This document shows positions 36,860-54,778 of a stretch of 64,000 nucleotides of DNA, piece by piece (the stretch's first letter is position 1; each line of letters starts with the position of its first letter). Source of the DNA: Schmidtea polychroa (Eukaryota); NCBI GenBank assembly GCA_044892525.1, contig CM097885.1:49912001-49976000 (forward strand), in the 5' to 3' direction. Below the pieces are notes generated by a model that was given only the letters and a program-made list of their open reading frames with translations, did not search any database and was not told the DNA's origin. The position numbers and the translations under genes were made by a program.

Positions 36860-37850
36860 TGAGCCCAACAGTAAGTATCAAGTCTTGACAGCTATAACAA
36901 GACAAAACGAGGAAGAATAAAGAAAAGAGATTTTACAAAAAAAGATTTTAAGATTTGGATACCCAAAGGAGTTCGTAGAAAAATACTTTTTGAGTGAATA
37001 TAACTCTAATAGGCATAATACACAACAGAAACATGTAAATAAGCCTACGATTCCCTTTCTAAACAATAGGACATGTAATACAATCAGAGCTTACAATCAC
37101 AATATGGAGTTACCAGTTCATATTCGCCCAATTTTTATAACTGCTGCACCTTTGAAATCACAGCTTCGTAAGTCTCAAAAATCTCTAACATCAGACCTAT
37201 TTCATCGAGATTGTATATACCAATCCTCCACCAAATGTTTTTGCTTCTCAAAGAACATTGTTTACCAAATTACTTGCACAAGATGTGACGCATCGTACAT
37301 AGGCGAAACACATAGAACGTTCCAAACAAGACTCAACGAACACGTCAAGAGCAAAACCAGCAATTATCACGAACACTGGAAAAAAGTGCACAAATCAGCA
37401 TCACTATTACATGAAACAAAATGCAAAATGTTACAAAAATTCATTGTAAAGATTAGCCGCGGAGATTCTTCATATCAATAAACTTAAACCGTCATCAACA
37501 TTCAACTAAATTAATACTTAAATTAATATTTAATTAGATATAAAATTTAAAATTAAAAAAATATTTAAAATATGAAAAACGTTTTTTTATAAAATAAAAT
37601 ATTAAAAAGTTAAAAATTTAATTAAATTATAGAATTTAAAATTTAAAAAAAATAGGAAATATTATTTGGGTAATTAAAATAAAACATATATAAAATATAA
37701 TTAAACCAATAAATTTATTGTTCCCCAACAATAATTATTAAATGTAATAATGATCAAATTCACTTGAAAAAGGCAGTGCCGAAAATTCGTGAGCATCAAA
37801 AAACATCGATATATTACTGATTTATAGTCTTCAAATTCTCTTTTTAATAA
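36860..37850 (+). mobile_element. Penelope-like 3' fragment (RT thumb, GIY-YIG, pLTR)
   Basis: KNIVYQITCTRCDASYIGETHRTFQTRLNEH; followed by hammerhead and (TTA)n. Confidence 0.8.
37759..37793 (+). ncRNA. Minimal type I hammerhead ribozyme, U3-A8 variant
   Basis: TTCAC-TTGAAAA-A-GGC AGT GCC-GAAA-AT-TC-GTGAG, in sense downstream of GIY-YIG. Confidence 0.7.
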
Positions 37851-37852
37851 AT

Positions 37853-41265
<3,413 letters not shown>

Positions 41266-41327
41266 ACACATTAAAAAATTTATTTTGACGCTAAAGTCGA
41301 CAGAATAAAATTATTGCACATACTTTG

Positions 41328-41383
<56 letters not shown>

Positions 41384-41473
41384 GTCTGAGTCTATCAGAC
41401 AAGATATTCTGTTCCCCTAAGGGTAATGGCCACAAAGGTACTACTCACAAAGGTACTGCTCATAAAGGTACTG

Positions 41474-41774
41474 ATATCTCAAAGCTGGAAATAATTCTGG
41501 TTCTTAAAAGCATGGTATTAATTTAGCCAATTTATTTAAATTACAAGAAAAACCTATATCGGAAGTTACGGTTATCGATTGTATTTCTAAATCATAAACA
41601 TTATATTCACTAGCTTTGATTATTTCCTTACACCCCATAATTCTATATTTACCAGTTTTGAAATATATTATGGGATATTTATTACTTCTATTGATAAGAA
41701 GTTGTGGTTTTCCCAGTGGAAATATACCATTTTGATACATCAGTTTTTACCCTGTAATTTATATTTAAAAGCAT
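41474..41774 (-). pseudogene. TATA-binding-protein-like pseudogene (copy 2), 3'-truncated
   Basis: MLLNINYR..KPQ..IIYFKTGKYRIMGC..IQSITVTSDIGFSCNLNKLAKLIPCF*EPELFPALR; matches TBP IFxSGK and YEPELFP signatures. Confidence 0.75.
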
Positions 41775-42819
41775 TTTAATAAAATAATTATAAAAACTCT
41801 GATATATATTAAATGAACTCCGTTTTAAAATAACTACATATATATACGACCAAACACTTTTCCAAGTTCATTTGTTGCCATTACCCTTAGGGGAACAGAA
41901 TATCTTGTCTGATAGACTCAGACTATATATAATAATAATAATAATAATAATGCAAAGTATGTGCAAAAATTTTATTCTGTCAACTTTAGCGTCAAAATAA
42001 GTTTTTTAATGTGTTTAGAAAAGTTCTAGAGAAAATAAGGGAAGCTAAATTGAGAAATAATAATATATATAGTTATTTTAAAACGGAGTTCATTTAAATT
42101 ATCAATATAAACAATAATTAAATAGTTTAAATTTAAAAAATGGAATTACGAAATGATGCAGTATACCAAATCGTTGGTCCAAGTGGTAGCAGAGTAGAAG
42201 GATGTCAGCCCGTCAGATACAAAAAAAAGAGGGGGGTATTACTTTTACGTAATAATGACCGATTACATAATACACACACTGTTGCTAACTGGCCATTCGC
42301 TTGGCTATTATGTAATATAAATGTAGTTGCTAACTCACCTCACGCGTGACCTTTACGTACTACACACATTGTTACTAACTGACCACCTACATGCTAATTA
42401 CATCATATACAAACCTGTTACTAACTAACCACTTATTGATGACTTAAGATACTGACCATGGTAACTGTGTCGTCATACTTAGTGGTCACTAGTGGTCTAT
42501 GTGACAATCCAGTACTATTCATACAACAACACTCACACACATCGACTACTATTATGTGAGAGTCCAGTACTATTGACTACTATTACAACCGAGTACGACC
42601 ACAGTAGGTAGTTAGTGGCTTACGGGAACAATAGGGGGGGGGGGGGTAAAAAAATGTTGCAAACTTTTGATTGCATAACTTTTTCCGTAGACATTTTTTG
42701 ATTACATAATTGTTGCCGCATTCTCCAATGATTTTTTTCTGGGATTTTAAATACAAAAATTTTTTTTTTTCAATAAACAAGCCAAGAATAAGTATTATTT
42801 GGGTGGGTCTCCTTGGTCC

Positions 42820-44100
42820 TGAGAATTTCAATAGAAAAGGTAGTCTACACTAAAAAAGCATGGATTATTCAGACTATAGTGAGGGGAGGTTTCCATAGTC
42901 CTAGGATTTTCAATACAAAAAGACGGTTTACACTAAAAAAGTTTGGTAATTCAAGGTCTCAGGATATTTTAAATACAAATAGGTGGTCTACACTAAAAAA
43001 CAGTGGCAATTTGAAGTCTCAGGATATTTTCAATACAAAAGCAAAGGATAAGTCAGTATTATTTGGGTCCTGGGATTTTCAATACAAAAAGCTGGTCTAC
43101 ACTAAAAAAGCATGGTAATTTAAGGTCTCAGGATATTTTCAATAGAAAAGGTAGTCTCCAATAAAAAAGCATGGATTTTTCACACTATAGTGAGAGGGTC
43201 TCCATAGTCCTAGGATTTTCAATACAAAAAGACGGTCTACACTAAAAAAGTATGGTAATTCAAGGTCTCAGGTTATTTTCAATACAAAAAGGTGGTCTAC
43301 ACTAAAAAACATGGTAAATTTTTTAAAATAAAGCAAATTATGGGTCTAAAAATTGGATTACAGTAAATTATGGACTAAGATTTCTAAATTAAAGTAAATT
43401 ATGGTCCAAATTTTTGAATTACATTAAATATTGGGTCTAAAAATTGAATTACAGTAAACAATGGTCAATAATTTTAATTTAAAGTTAAATAAGTAAATTA
43501 AAGGCTAAATTATGAAATTAAAGGAAACAATGGTTCAAATTTTAAATTAAAGCTAAATGAGTAAATTAAAGTAATAATTTTTAAATAAGTAATGTAATAA
43601 GTAAATTAAGGTTCAAATTAGTAAATTAAGATCCAAAAAAAAAAATTAAATTAAAGTAATCAATGGGTTCAAATGAGTTAATTAAGGTTCTAGAAAAAAA
43701 TTAAATTAAATTAATCAACAGGTTCAAATAAGTTAATTAAGGTTCTAAAAAAAATTAAATTAAAGTAATCAATGGGTTCAAATGAGTTAATTAAGATTCT
43801 AAAAAAAAATTAAATTAAATTAATCAACAGGTTCAAATGAGTTAATTAAGGTTCTAAAAAAAAATTAATTTAAATTAATCAACGGGTTCAAATAAGTTAA
43901 TTAAGGTCTAAAATTTAAAATTAAACCAATCAATGAGTTCAAATAAGTAAATTAAGGTCCAAATATTTAAATTAAAGTAATCAATGGGCTCAAATAGCTA
44001 AATTAAGGTTCTAAAAAATAAATTAAAGTTAATTAAGGTTCAAAATTTAAAATTAAGTAATCAATGGTAAAATAAAACTTTAAATTAAAGTTAAATAAGT
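42820..44100. repeat. Subterminal tandem arrays of D (~60-bp units, then shorter AT-rich units); mirrored at ~57850-59160
   Basis: Repeated TTTCAATACAAAAAGGTGGTCTACACTAAAAAAGCATGGTAATTCAAGGTCTCAGGATA-like units. Confidence 0.85.
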
Positions 44101-44932
44101 AAATTTAAGTAATGTAATAAGTAAAAAAAGTTAAAGTTTGATTTTAAAATTTATTTACAAAAAGTTGGAATAATAGTTGGTGATTGAGAATTGAAAATTT
44201 TAAATGAAAATTTTTAACGTATATTTTTTAAGATAATTTTTAATAGACATTTTTATGAAATATTTTTCAATGTTAATTTCAGATGAAAATTTATATGAAA
44301 TATTTTTCAATGTTAATTTTAGATGAAAATTTTAATGAAATAATTATTTTTTAAGTTAATTTTTATGAATTATTTTTCAATGTTAATTTTAGATGGAAAG
44401 TTTTATGTATTATTTTTCAATAGTAATTAAAGATGCAAATCATTGTCAATTAATCATTCACTACATGAAATTATTGGTTAAATATGAAAATAAGGGCTAT
44501 ATTTGGTTGTAAATTATGGTAAAAAAATTTAAATAAAGTAATACAAGGATAAATAGGTAAATTAATGTTTTATTTTTAAATTATAGGTTCAAAACTTTAA
44601 ATTAAAATTTATAAACAAAAGTTGGAATAACCATCCGCTTCTGAGAAATAAAAATTTAAAATAAAATTTTTAAGAAATAATTTTTTAAAGTCAAATTTTA
44701 ATAGAAACTTTTATGGAATAATTTTTTTAAGTTAATTTTTATTGAAAATATTTATGATATATTTTTTTTAAGTTAAATTTGAATAGAAATTTTTAAGGAA
44801 TAATTTTTGAAGCTAATTTTAAATAGAAATTTTAATGAAATAATTTTCAAAGGCAAATTTAGATGCAAATTTCAATGATAATAAAAATTAATAATAAAAA
44901 TAATAATAAAAAATAATAAAAATAATATTAAT

Positions 44933-45022
<90 letters not shown>

Positions 45023-45339
45023 CATAATAATAATCATAATAATCATAATAAAAATAAAATTAATATTCATAAAAATAATAATCATAATAAAAATAATATT
45101 AATATTAATAAAAATATTAATAATAAGTATAATAATAAAAAATAATAATAAAAAATAATAAAAATATTAATAATAATTATAATAATAAAAAATAATAATA
45201 AAAAATAATAATAAAAAATAATAAAAATATTAATAATAATTATAATAATAAAAAATAATGAAAATCATAATAAAAAATAAAATTAAAAATAATAATAAAA
45301 ATAATAATAATATTGATAAAAATAATAATAATTATAATC

Positions 45340-45425
<86 letters not shown>

Positions 45426-48039
45426 TAAACAATCGGATACCAACAACTATCAGGTACAACTAGATACCAAGTACATACAACCAACTACTAAGTACCTACA
45501 ACTATGTACTAACAACCAACTAAGTATTCTTTATTGTATTTTATCAAATGATTTTTAAATTAATTTTTTATCTGTCTTCAAAAATATGTTTAATTACAAT
45601 CAGTAGAAAAAATCTTTTCAAAATGTCTAAATTTAACAAAAATGAATAATTGTCAACTCATCACTACTTGGAATTCAAAATAATTTAAATTACAATGAAA
45701 TACTAATGAATTCTAATTTACAAAACATTCTTCTTTTAATTGATAACTACTGACTTATTATTGCAAAGTAAAAATCACATTCAATAACTACTTATTGTTG
45801 GTCAGTTTTATTATATATACTGAGTTTATCCGACAGGATGTTTTGACCCCCTAAAGGTACAGGTCGTAATGGTACTGGTCGTAAGGGTATTAGTTGTAAA
45901 GGTACTAGTCGTAGGGGTATTGGTAACACTCAACCACCACCTACCAAGTACTCACAACCAACATCAACCTGGTACTAAGTATTATCAACCTACAACTATA
46001 TAACAATCAGTAAACAATACTGTACCAACTACCAAATACAAGATACCAACAACTTAGTACCAACAACCAGTAACTTACGAACATGTACTAACAACCAAGT
46101 AAAAACAATCAAGTAATAACAAATATATCTTTAAAAGAAAATCCTCTTCACTTGCAATATTGGTAACACTCAACTACCACCTACTCATTAATTAGCTACC
46201 ACTAGGTTTCAAACAACAAAATACTAAACACTTACAACCATGTACTAACAACCACCATCAAAACCTATCGAGAAATTAACAAATATATACAACTATATGA
46301 CAACAATCAATAAACAACACTGTACCAACTACTAAATACAAGATACCAAATACCAACAATCAACTAACAACACATAAAAATAATAGCAATTAAATACAAA
46401 ATATTCTTCATCACATGCAATATATTCTTGTCATCATCTACAACTAAACTCTATCAATCAGATACCAAATATTAACAACCAGATACTTACAACCAACAAC
46501 TATGTAATAAAAAATTGATCTTTAAAAGAAAATACTCTTCACTTGAAAAATTGGATGAAAAATTAATAAAAAAAAAGCAATTCATTAATTAACTGATTAC
46601 CAGTACTTGTATGATTTTCCAATAACTAGATAAAAATTAAATAAATCATTGTAAAAATTTAAATTATTCAAAACATAATAAATAACAAAATGTAATGGAC
46701 GAAAGAACTTTAAATTCTAGTCATTAATCATCCAGTAAATAAAAAAAAATACTGATCATTTAAGTTAATCAACTAAGATAATAAAGATAATAAGATCTAG
46801 TAGATAATTTATTTTGATTGAATAAATTAACTGAAATAAATTAATTCAGTATGAATTCATTACCATTATCAAAGTCAACAATCTACAATAAAAATAATTA
46901 TCATTAAATTCCAAAAGAGACTAGATAACTAATGATAACATCTAATAAACCAGTAAATTCATTTAAATGTCAATAATTGGTATATCCAAGTAAATTTTCT
47001 AAAATCATTCAAGTTAATCAACTAAGATAATAAAGATAATAAGATCTAGTAGATAATTTATTTTGATTGAATAAATTAATTGAAATAAATTAATTTTAAT
47101 TATTTTTTAAAAGTAATACACGTATATTGAAATCTATTTACTAATTCCTCAAATTATACACAAAATTCAGTATGAATTCATTACCATTATCAAAGTCAAC
47201 AATCTACAATAAAAATAATTATCATTAAATTCCAAAAGAGACTAGATAACTAATGATGACATCTAATAAACCAGTAAATTCATTTAAATGTCAATAATTG
47301 GTATATCCAAGTAAATTTTCTACTAAAATCATCTAGAAAGCATCAAATTTCCATGAAATATCAATGTCTTTAAAGATAAGTATTTTATCGATAAATACCC
47401 TTAAAAGGCTATATATTTCCCTCAGACTAATAAGATTGCTTAAAATCCCGTTTAAATGACTATAATTATATCTTTAATTCCTATTATCACGAATATTTCC
47501 CTATAAAACATGTAAAATCATTAACTCTAAACAATTTATAAAGTCTAATGACAAAAAACAGTTATAATTAAATTTTTGTTCTAAAAATAAATCACTGTAA
47601 TCGAAATTTAAAATAAATATTGCTTGAAATTTGACTGTACAATATAACTGAGTAGTTGCATAGAAAGATTAAATTTATCCATATTTCTTCAAATGATCAT
47701 TTTTACCGATATCCAACCGATTTAATTACTAATTAAAATCACCCGATAGATTTCTCCCAATAAAGATCAATTTTCTTTAGTCGACGTTTTAAATCAATAT
47801 TTCCAACTTTTGTCGTTGTCCGTCTAAATAAAGATAAAAATAATTTAAAGTTGATATCAATCCCAATTATCTGTAAAGATTTCATTGTCAAAACCAAGTA
47901 AATCGATCATTATCCCTACTTAATAAAACAATGTTCTAAATTAATTTACTGTGCATTAATCACAATCTAATAAAACGATATAATTATTATTGATACATAA
48001 CTGACTAATTACCATTTCCCTTAAAACATTGATATTTTA

Positions 48040-48540
48040 CCAACAGCATACTTAAAAAATCATATATTCCCATCTTAACCCATCTCTCATTAAATTCAAT
48101 CGACTATATCTCCCTTACAATGATATATTCCCACCTTATCTGATCTCTCATTAAAATCAATCGACTATATCCCCCTTACAATGATATATTCCCATCTTAA
48201 CCCATCCCTCATTAAATTTAGCCGACTATATCCCTTCAAAAGATCATATTCTCTCATTAAAGTCAATCGACTATATCTCCCTTACAATTATATATTCCCA
48301 TTTTAACCCATCCCTCATTAAATTTAACCGACTACATCCCCTCAAAAGATCATATTTTCCCATCTTAACCGATCTCTCATTAAATCCCACCAACTATATC
48401 CCTTTTAAAAGATCATATATTCCCACCTTATCCGATATCTCATTAAATCTCACCGACAATATCCCAGCTTAACCGATCTCTCACCAAATATTTCTACCCC
48501 TTTAAACATCTATCCGACTATATCCATTAATTCTACCCAC
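48040..48540. repeat. ~60-bp minisatellite; mirrored at ~53410-53910
   Basis: CCCATCTTAACCCATCTCTCATTAAATTCAATCGACTATATCCCCCTTACAATGATATATT-like units. Confidence 0.85.
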
Positions 48541-49939
48541 TTGAATCCTCCTTTAATTCAATCAATCCTCTTAAAATTCTTAGAGAATTCTTCAAAAATA
48601 TGAATTTTTATTAACTGTTATCGACATCCAAAATACATCTATGAAATAATTTAGTATCTAAATTCACGTAGTAAAAGATCAAAATTCACTAAAATTTTCT
48701 ACAAATATTTACCATCAAATACCGGAGATGATATATATTAATTGACCATAATTCTTCAACGATTCAACCAATCATTTTCAAGCAATAATAACAAACTAAA
48801 TCATAAATTTCAAGTAAATTTAAAATATCTATCCGAGATAAAGTTAACTGGTTTCTTAGCTTATGTTTTTAAAGATCATCAATGTGTAAATATTCTTAGA
48901 AAATTATTGAAAAAAATTATTTAGTCAAATGCATTACAAAGTCATCTAAAATTAAACCAATTACATAATTATTAACCTAACAGTCATTAAAAAAAATTAA
49001 TTTTTATTTAAAATTTAACAAATTATCAAGAAATTCAATTAAAATCATCATTAAAGCTTTAAATTTTTTAATAAATCAACATGAAATTCTTAGAAAATAA
49101 TTGAAAAAAAAATATTACAAAGTCATATCCTATCACGTGATTATTAACCTAACTGTCATTAAAAATAGTTTTTATTTAAAATTAAAAAACCAATCAATAA
49201 AAATGCATCCAATTATCAAGAAATTAATTAAATTTATCTTAGAACTAACTTAAAATTTTTAAATATTCATTCAATCCACATGAAATTCACGAAAATGATA
49301 AAAATTCACAAAAACCATCAACTCTAAAAAAATAATTACTAATGAATACCTTAAACACCAAAATTTATCTAAATAATCTTTCAAATTAATTCATTAAAAT
49401 TGAAGACAACACGCTCTATTTTGTCATTACATTCAATTAAAATTAAATAAATCAAGATAAGAACTTTGATAAAAAATATTATTCTAAAATGGTAAAAATT
49501 AACACTGTAGTGTTAAATGAAAAGGTAATTATTCTTTAAATCTAATTAACTTAGTCATAATTTTCTTTAATTTAACCCTTTATTTACTTAATTTAGTCCT
49601 TGTTTACCGAATATAGAAGTTTAAAATATAGACCATTGATTACTTTAATTTAAAAATGTATCCCTTAATTTACATAATTTCAATCTAAAATTATTTCAAA
49701 AAATTTTTTCTAAAATTGTCATTGAAAAATATTTCATAAAAGTTTTCATTTAAAATTTTCATTGAAAAATATTTCATAAAAATTTTCATTAAAAAATTTC
49801 AATTCTCAAACACCTTCTATTATTTTGTTAATAAATTTAAAATCTTACTTTAATTTGCTTATTACATTACTTATTTAAAAATTATTAATTTAATTTACTT
49901 ATTTGAAATATTTGACCATTGATTACTTAATTTACAAAT

Positions 49940-52020
49940 TTGGACCTTAATTAACTTTAATTTAATTTTTTAGAATTTTAATTTACTTTAATTTTAAATT
50001 TTGACCCTTAATTAACTTTAATTCAAAATTTGGACCTTAATTTACTTTAATTGAAAATTTTAGACCTTAATTTACTTAATTGAAATTTTAGACCCTAATT
50101 TACTTAAGTTTAAAAATATATACCATAATTTATTTTTAATTTAAAATTTTAGACCATAATTTACTTAATTGAAAATTTTAGACCTTAATTTACTTAATTG
50201 AAAATTTTAGACCATAATTTTCATGTAAAATTTTAGACCATAATTTACTAATTTGAAAATTTTAGATCATAATTTCATGTAAAATTTTAGACCTTAATTT
50301 ACTTATTTGAAAATTTTAGACCTTAATTTACTTAATTGGAAATTTTAGACCTTAATTTGCTTATTTATCTTTAATTTACTTAAGTTTAAAAATATATACC
50401 CTAATTTACTTTAATTTAAAATTTTAGACCATAATTTACTTAATTGAAAATTTTAGACCTTAATTTACTTAATTGAAAATTTTAGACCTTAATTTACTTA
50501 ATTGAAAATTTTAGACCATAATTTTAATGTAAAATTGTCATTGAAAAAATTTTCATTTCTCAGGCGCTGTTTATAGTAGGTAGTTAGGACCCCGCTGCAA
50601 ATGCAAGCCTTTTTTTTATGCTGCATCTTTTTTTTTGCTGCAACATTTGATTGCGCAATTGTTGCAACTTGTATTTTTTTGTATTGAAAATTCTAGAAAA
50701 AAAAAATAATACAATTGCGTAATAATACAAAAAAAAATACAACAAAAAAAAACTAGTTGCAGCAGAACCCGCGGGCTACTAACTACCTACTATAAACAGC
50801 GCCTGAGAAATGAAAATTTTTTCAATGACAATTTTACATTAAAATTATGGTCTAAAATTTTCAATTAAGTAAATTAAGGTCTAAAATTTTCAATTAAGTA
50901 AATTAAGGTCTAAAATTTTCAATTAAGTAAATTAAGGTCTAAAATTTTCAATTAAGTTCTAAAATAAAGTCTAAAATTTTCAATTAAGTAAATTATGGTC
51001 TAAAATTTTCAATTATGTAAATTATGGTCTAAAATTTAAAATTAAAGTAAATTATGGTATATATTTTTAAACTTAAGTAAATTAAGGTCTAAAATTTCAA
51101 TTAAGTAAATTAAGGTCTAAAATTTTCAATTAAATTAAATTAGGTCTAAAATTTTCAATTAAGTAAATTATGGTCTAAAATTTTAAATTAAAGTAAATTA
51201 TGGTATATATTTTTAAACTTAAGTAAATTAAGGTCTAAAATTTCAATTAAGTAAATTAAGGTCTAAAATTTTCAATTAAATTAAATTAGGTCTAAAATTT
51301 TCAATTAAGTAAATTATGGTCTAAAATTTTAAATTAAAGTAAATTAGGGTATATATTTTTAAACTTAAGTAAATTAAAGATAAATAAGCAAATTAAGGTC
51401 TAAAATTTCCAATTAAGTAAATTAAGGTCTAAAATTTTCAAATAAGTAAATTAAGGTCTAAAATTTTACATGAAAGTATGTTCTAAAATTTTCAATTATG
51501 TAAATTATGGTCTAAAATTTAAAATTAAAGTAAATTATGGTATATATTTTTAAACTTAAGTAAATTAAGGTCTAAAATTTCAATTAAGTAAATTAAGGTC
51601 TAAAATTTTCAATTAAATTAAATTAGGTCTAAAATTTTCATTTAAGCAAATTAAGGTCTAAAACTTTCAAATAAGTAAATTATGGTCTAAAATTTTCAAA
51701 TTAGTAAATTATGGTCTAAAATTTTACATGAAAATTATGGTCTAAAATTTTCAATTAAGTAAATTAAGGTCTAAAATTTTCAATTAAGTAAATTATGGTC
51801 TAAAATTTTAAATTAAAAATAAATTATGGTATATATTTTTAAACTTAAGTAAATTAGGGTCTAAAATTTCAATTAAGTAAATTAAGGTCTAAAATTTTCA
51901 ATTAAAGTAAATTAAGGTCCAAATTTTGAATTAAAGTTAATTAAGGGTCAAAATTTAAAATTAAAGTAAATTAGAATTCTAAAAAATTAAATTAAAGTTA
52001 ATTAAGGTCCAAATTTGTAA
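49940..52020. repeat. 29-bp tandem arrays flanking the palindrome axis; right array ~600 bp longer
   Basis: AAAATTTTAGACCTTAATTTACTTAATTG on the left, reverse complement on the right. Confidence 0.9.
50575..50791. mobile_element. 217-bp mini-element at the symmetry axis of D
   Basis: Same 13-bp termini as D (50575-50587, 50779-50791); flanks are inverted, with no direct TSD. Confidence 0.85.
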
Positions 52021-54543
52021 ATTAAGTAATCAATGGTCAAATATTTCAAATAAGTAAATTAAATTAATAATTTTTAAATAAGTAATGTAATAAGCAAATT
52101 AAAGTAAGATTTTAAATTTATTAACAAAATAATAGAAGGTGTTTGAGAATTGAAATTTTTTAATGAAAATTTTTATGAAATATTTTTCAATGAAAATTTT
52201 AAATGAAAACTTTTATGAAATATTTTTCAATGACAATTTTAGAAAAAATTTTTTGAAATAATTTTAGATTGAAATTATGTAAATTAAGGGATACATTTTT
52301 AAATTAAAGTAATCAATGGTCTATATTTTAAACTTCTATATTCGGTAAACAAGGACTAAATTAAGTAAATAAAGGGTTAAATTAAAGAAAATTATGACTA
52401 AGTTAATTAGATTTAAAGAATAATTACCTTTTCATTTAACACTACAGTGTTAATTTTTACCATTTTAGAATAATATTTTTTATCAAAGTTCTTATCTTGA
52501 TTTATTTAATTTTAATTGAATGTAATGACAAAATAGAGCGTGTTGTCTTCAATTTTAATGAATTAATTTGAAAGATTATTTAGATAAATTTTGGTGTTTA
52601 AGGTATTCATTAGTAATTATTTTTTTAGAGTTGATGGTTTTTGTGAATTTTTATCATTTTCGTGAATTTCATGTGGATTGAATGAATATTTAAAAATTTT
52701 AAGTTAGTTCTAAGATAAATTTAATTAATTTCTTGATAATTGGATGCATTTTTATTGATTGGTTTTTTAATTTTAAATAAAAACTATTTTTAATGACAGT
52801 TAGGTTAATAATCACGTGATAGGATATGACTTTGTAATATTTTTTTTTCAATTATTTTCTAAGAATTTCATGTTGATTTATTAAAAAATTTAAAGCTTTA
52901 ATGATGATTTTAATTGAATTTCTTGATAATTTGTTAAATTTTAAATAAAAATTAATTTTTTTTAATGACTGTTAGGTTAATAATTATGTAATTGGTTTAA
53001 TTTTAGATGACTTTGTAATGCATTTGACTAAATAATTTTTTTCAATAATTTTCTAAGAATATTTACACATTGATGATCTTTAAAAACATAAGCTAAGAAA
53101 CCAGTTAACTTTATCTCGGATAGATATTTTAAATTTACTTGAAATTTATGATTTAGTTTGTTATTATTGCTTGAAAATGATTGGTTGAATCGTTGAAGAA
53201 TTATGGTCAATTAATATATATCATCTCCGGTATTTGATGGTAAATATTTGTAGAAAATTTTAGTGAATTTTGATCTTTTACTACGTGAATTTAGATACTA
53301 AATTATTTCATAGATGTATTTTGGATGTCGATAACAGTTAATAAAAATTCATATTTTTGAAGAATTCTCTAAGAATTTTAAGAGGATTGATTGAATTAAA
53401 GGAGGATTCAAGTGGGTAGAATTAATGGATATAGTCGGATAGATGTTTAAAGGGGTAGAAATATTTGGTGAGAGATCGGTTAAGCTGGGATATTGTCGGT
53501 GAGATTTAATGAGATATCGGATAAGGTGGGAATATATGATCTTTTAAGGGGGATATAGTTGGTGGGATTTAATGAGAGATCGGTTAAGATGGGAAAATAT
53601 GATCTTTTGAGGGGATGTAGTCGGTTAAATTTAATGAGGGATGGGTTAAAATGGGAATATATAATTGTAAGGGAGATATAGTCGATTGACTTTAATGAGA
53701 GAATATGATCTATTGAGGGGATGTAGTCGGTTAAATTTAATGAGGGATGGGTTAAGATGGGAATATATCATTGTAAGGGGGATATAGTCGATTGATTTTA
53801 ATGAGAGATCAGATAAGGTGGGAATATATCATTGTAAGGGAGATATAGTCGATTGAATTTAATGAGAGATGGGTTAAGATGGGAATATATGATTTTTTAA
53901 GTATGCTGTTGGTAAAATATCAATGTTTTAAGGGAAATGGTAATTAGTCAGTTATGTATCAATAATAATTATATCGTTTTATTAGATTGTGATTAATGCA
54001 CAGTAAATTAATTTAGAACATTGTTTTATTAAGTAGGGATAATGATCGATTTACTTGGTTTTGACAATGAAATCTTTACAGATAATTGGGATTGATATCA
54101 ACTTTAAATTATTTTTATCTTTATTTAGACGGACAACGACAAAAGTTGGAAATATTGATTTAAAACGTCGACTAAAGAAAATTGATCTTTATTGGGAGAA
54201 ATCTATCGGGTGATTTTAATTAGTAATTAAATCGGTTGGATATCGGTAAAAATGATCATTTGAAGAAATATGGATAAATTTAATCTTTCTATGCAACTAC
54301 TCAGTTATATTGTACAGTCAAATTTCAAGCAATATTTATTTTAAATTTCGATTACAGTGATTTATTTTTAGAACAAAAATTTAATTATAACTGTTTTTTG
54401 TCATTAGACTTTATAAATTGTTTAGAGTTAATGATTTTACATGTTTTATAGGGAAATATTCGTGATAATAGGAATTAAAGATATAATTATAGTCATTTAA
54501 ACGGGATTTTAAGCAATCTTATTAGTCTGAGGGAAATATATAG

Positions 54544-54778
54544 CCTTTTAAGGGTATTTATCGATAAAATACTTATCTTTAAAGACATTGATATTTCATG
54601 GAAATTTGATGCTTTCTAGATGATTTTAGTAGAAAATTTACTTGGATATACCAATTATTGACATTTAAATGAATTTACTGGTTTATTAGATGTCATCATT
54701 AGTTATCTAGTCTCTTTTGGAATTTAATGATAATTATTTTTATTGTAGATTGTTGACTTTGATAATGGTAATGAATTC
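54544..54778 (+). pseudogene. Highly decayed retroviral-type integrase core in the D arm (mirror at 47174-47408, minus)
   Basis: PF-RVFID (one frameshift), FLDDFSRKFTWIY, SFG and FDNGNEF in integrase order; partly duplicated at 54945-55100. Confidence 0.5.

Noticed and set aside
42820..52020. Regular repeat arrays as a CRISPR-like locus
   Set aside because: Units are contiguous and degenerate with no unique spacers and no cas genes; eukaryotic context
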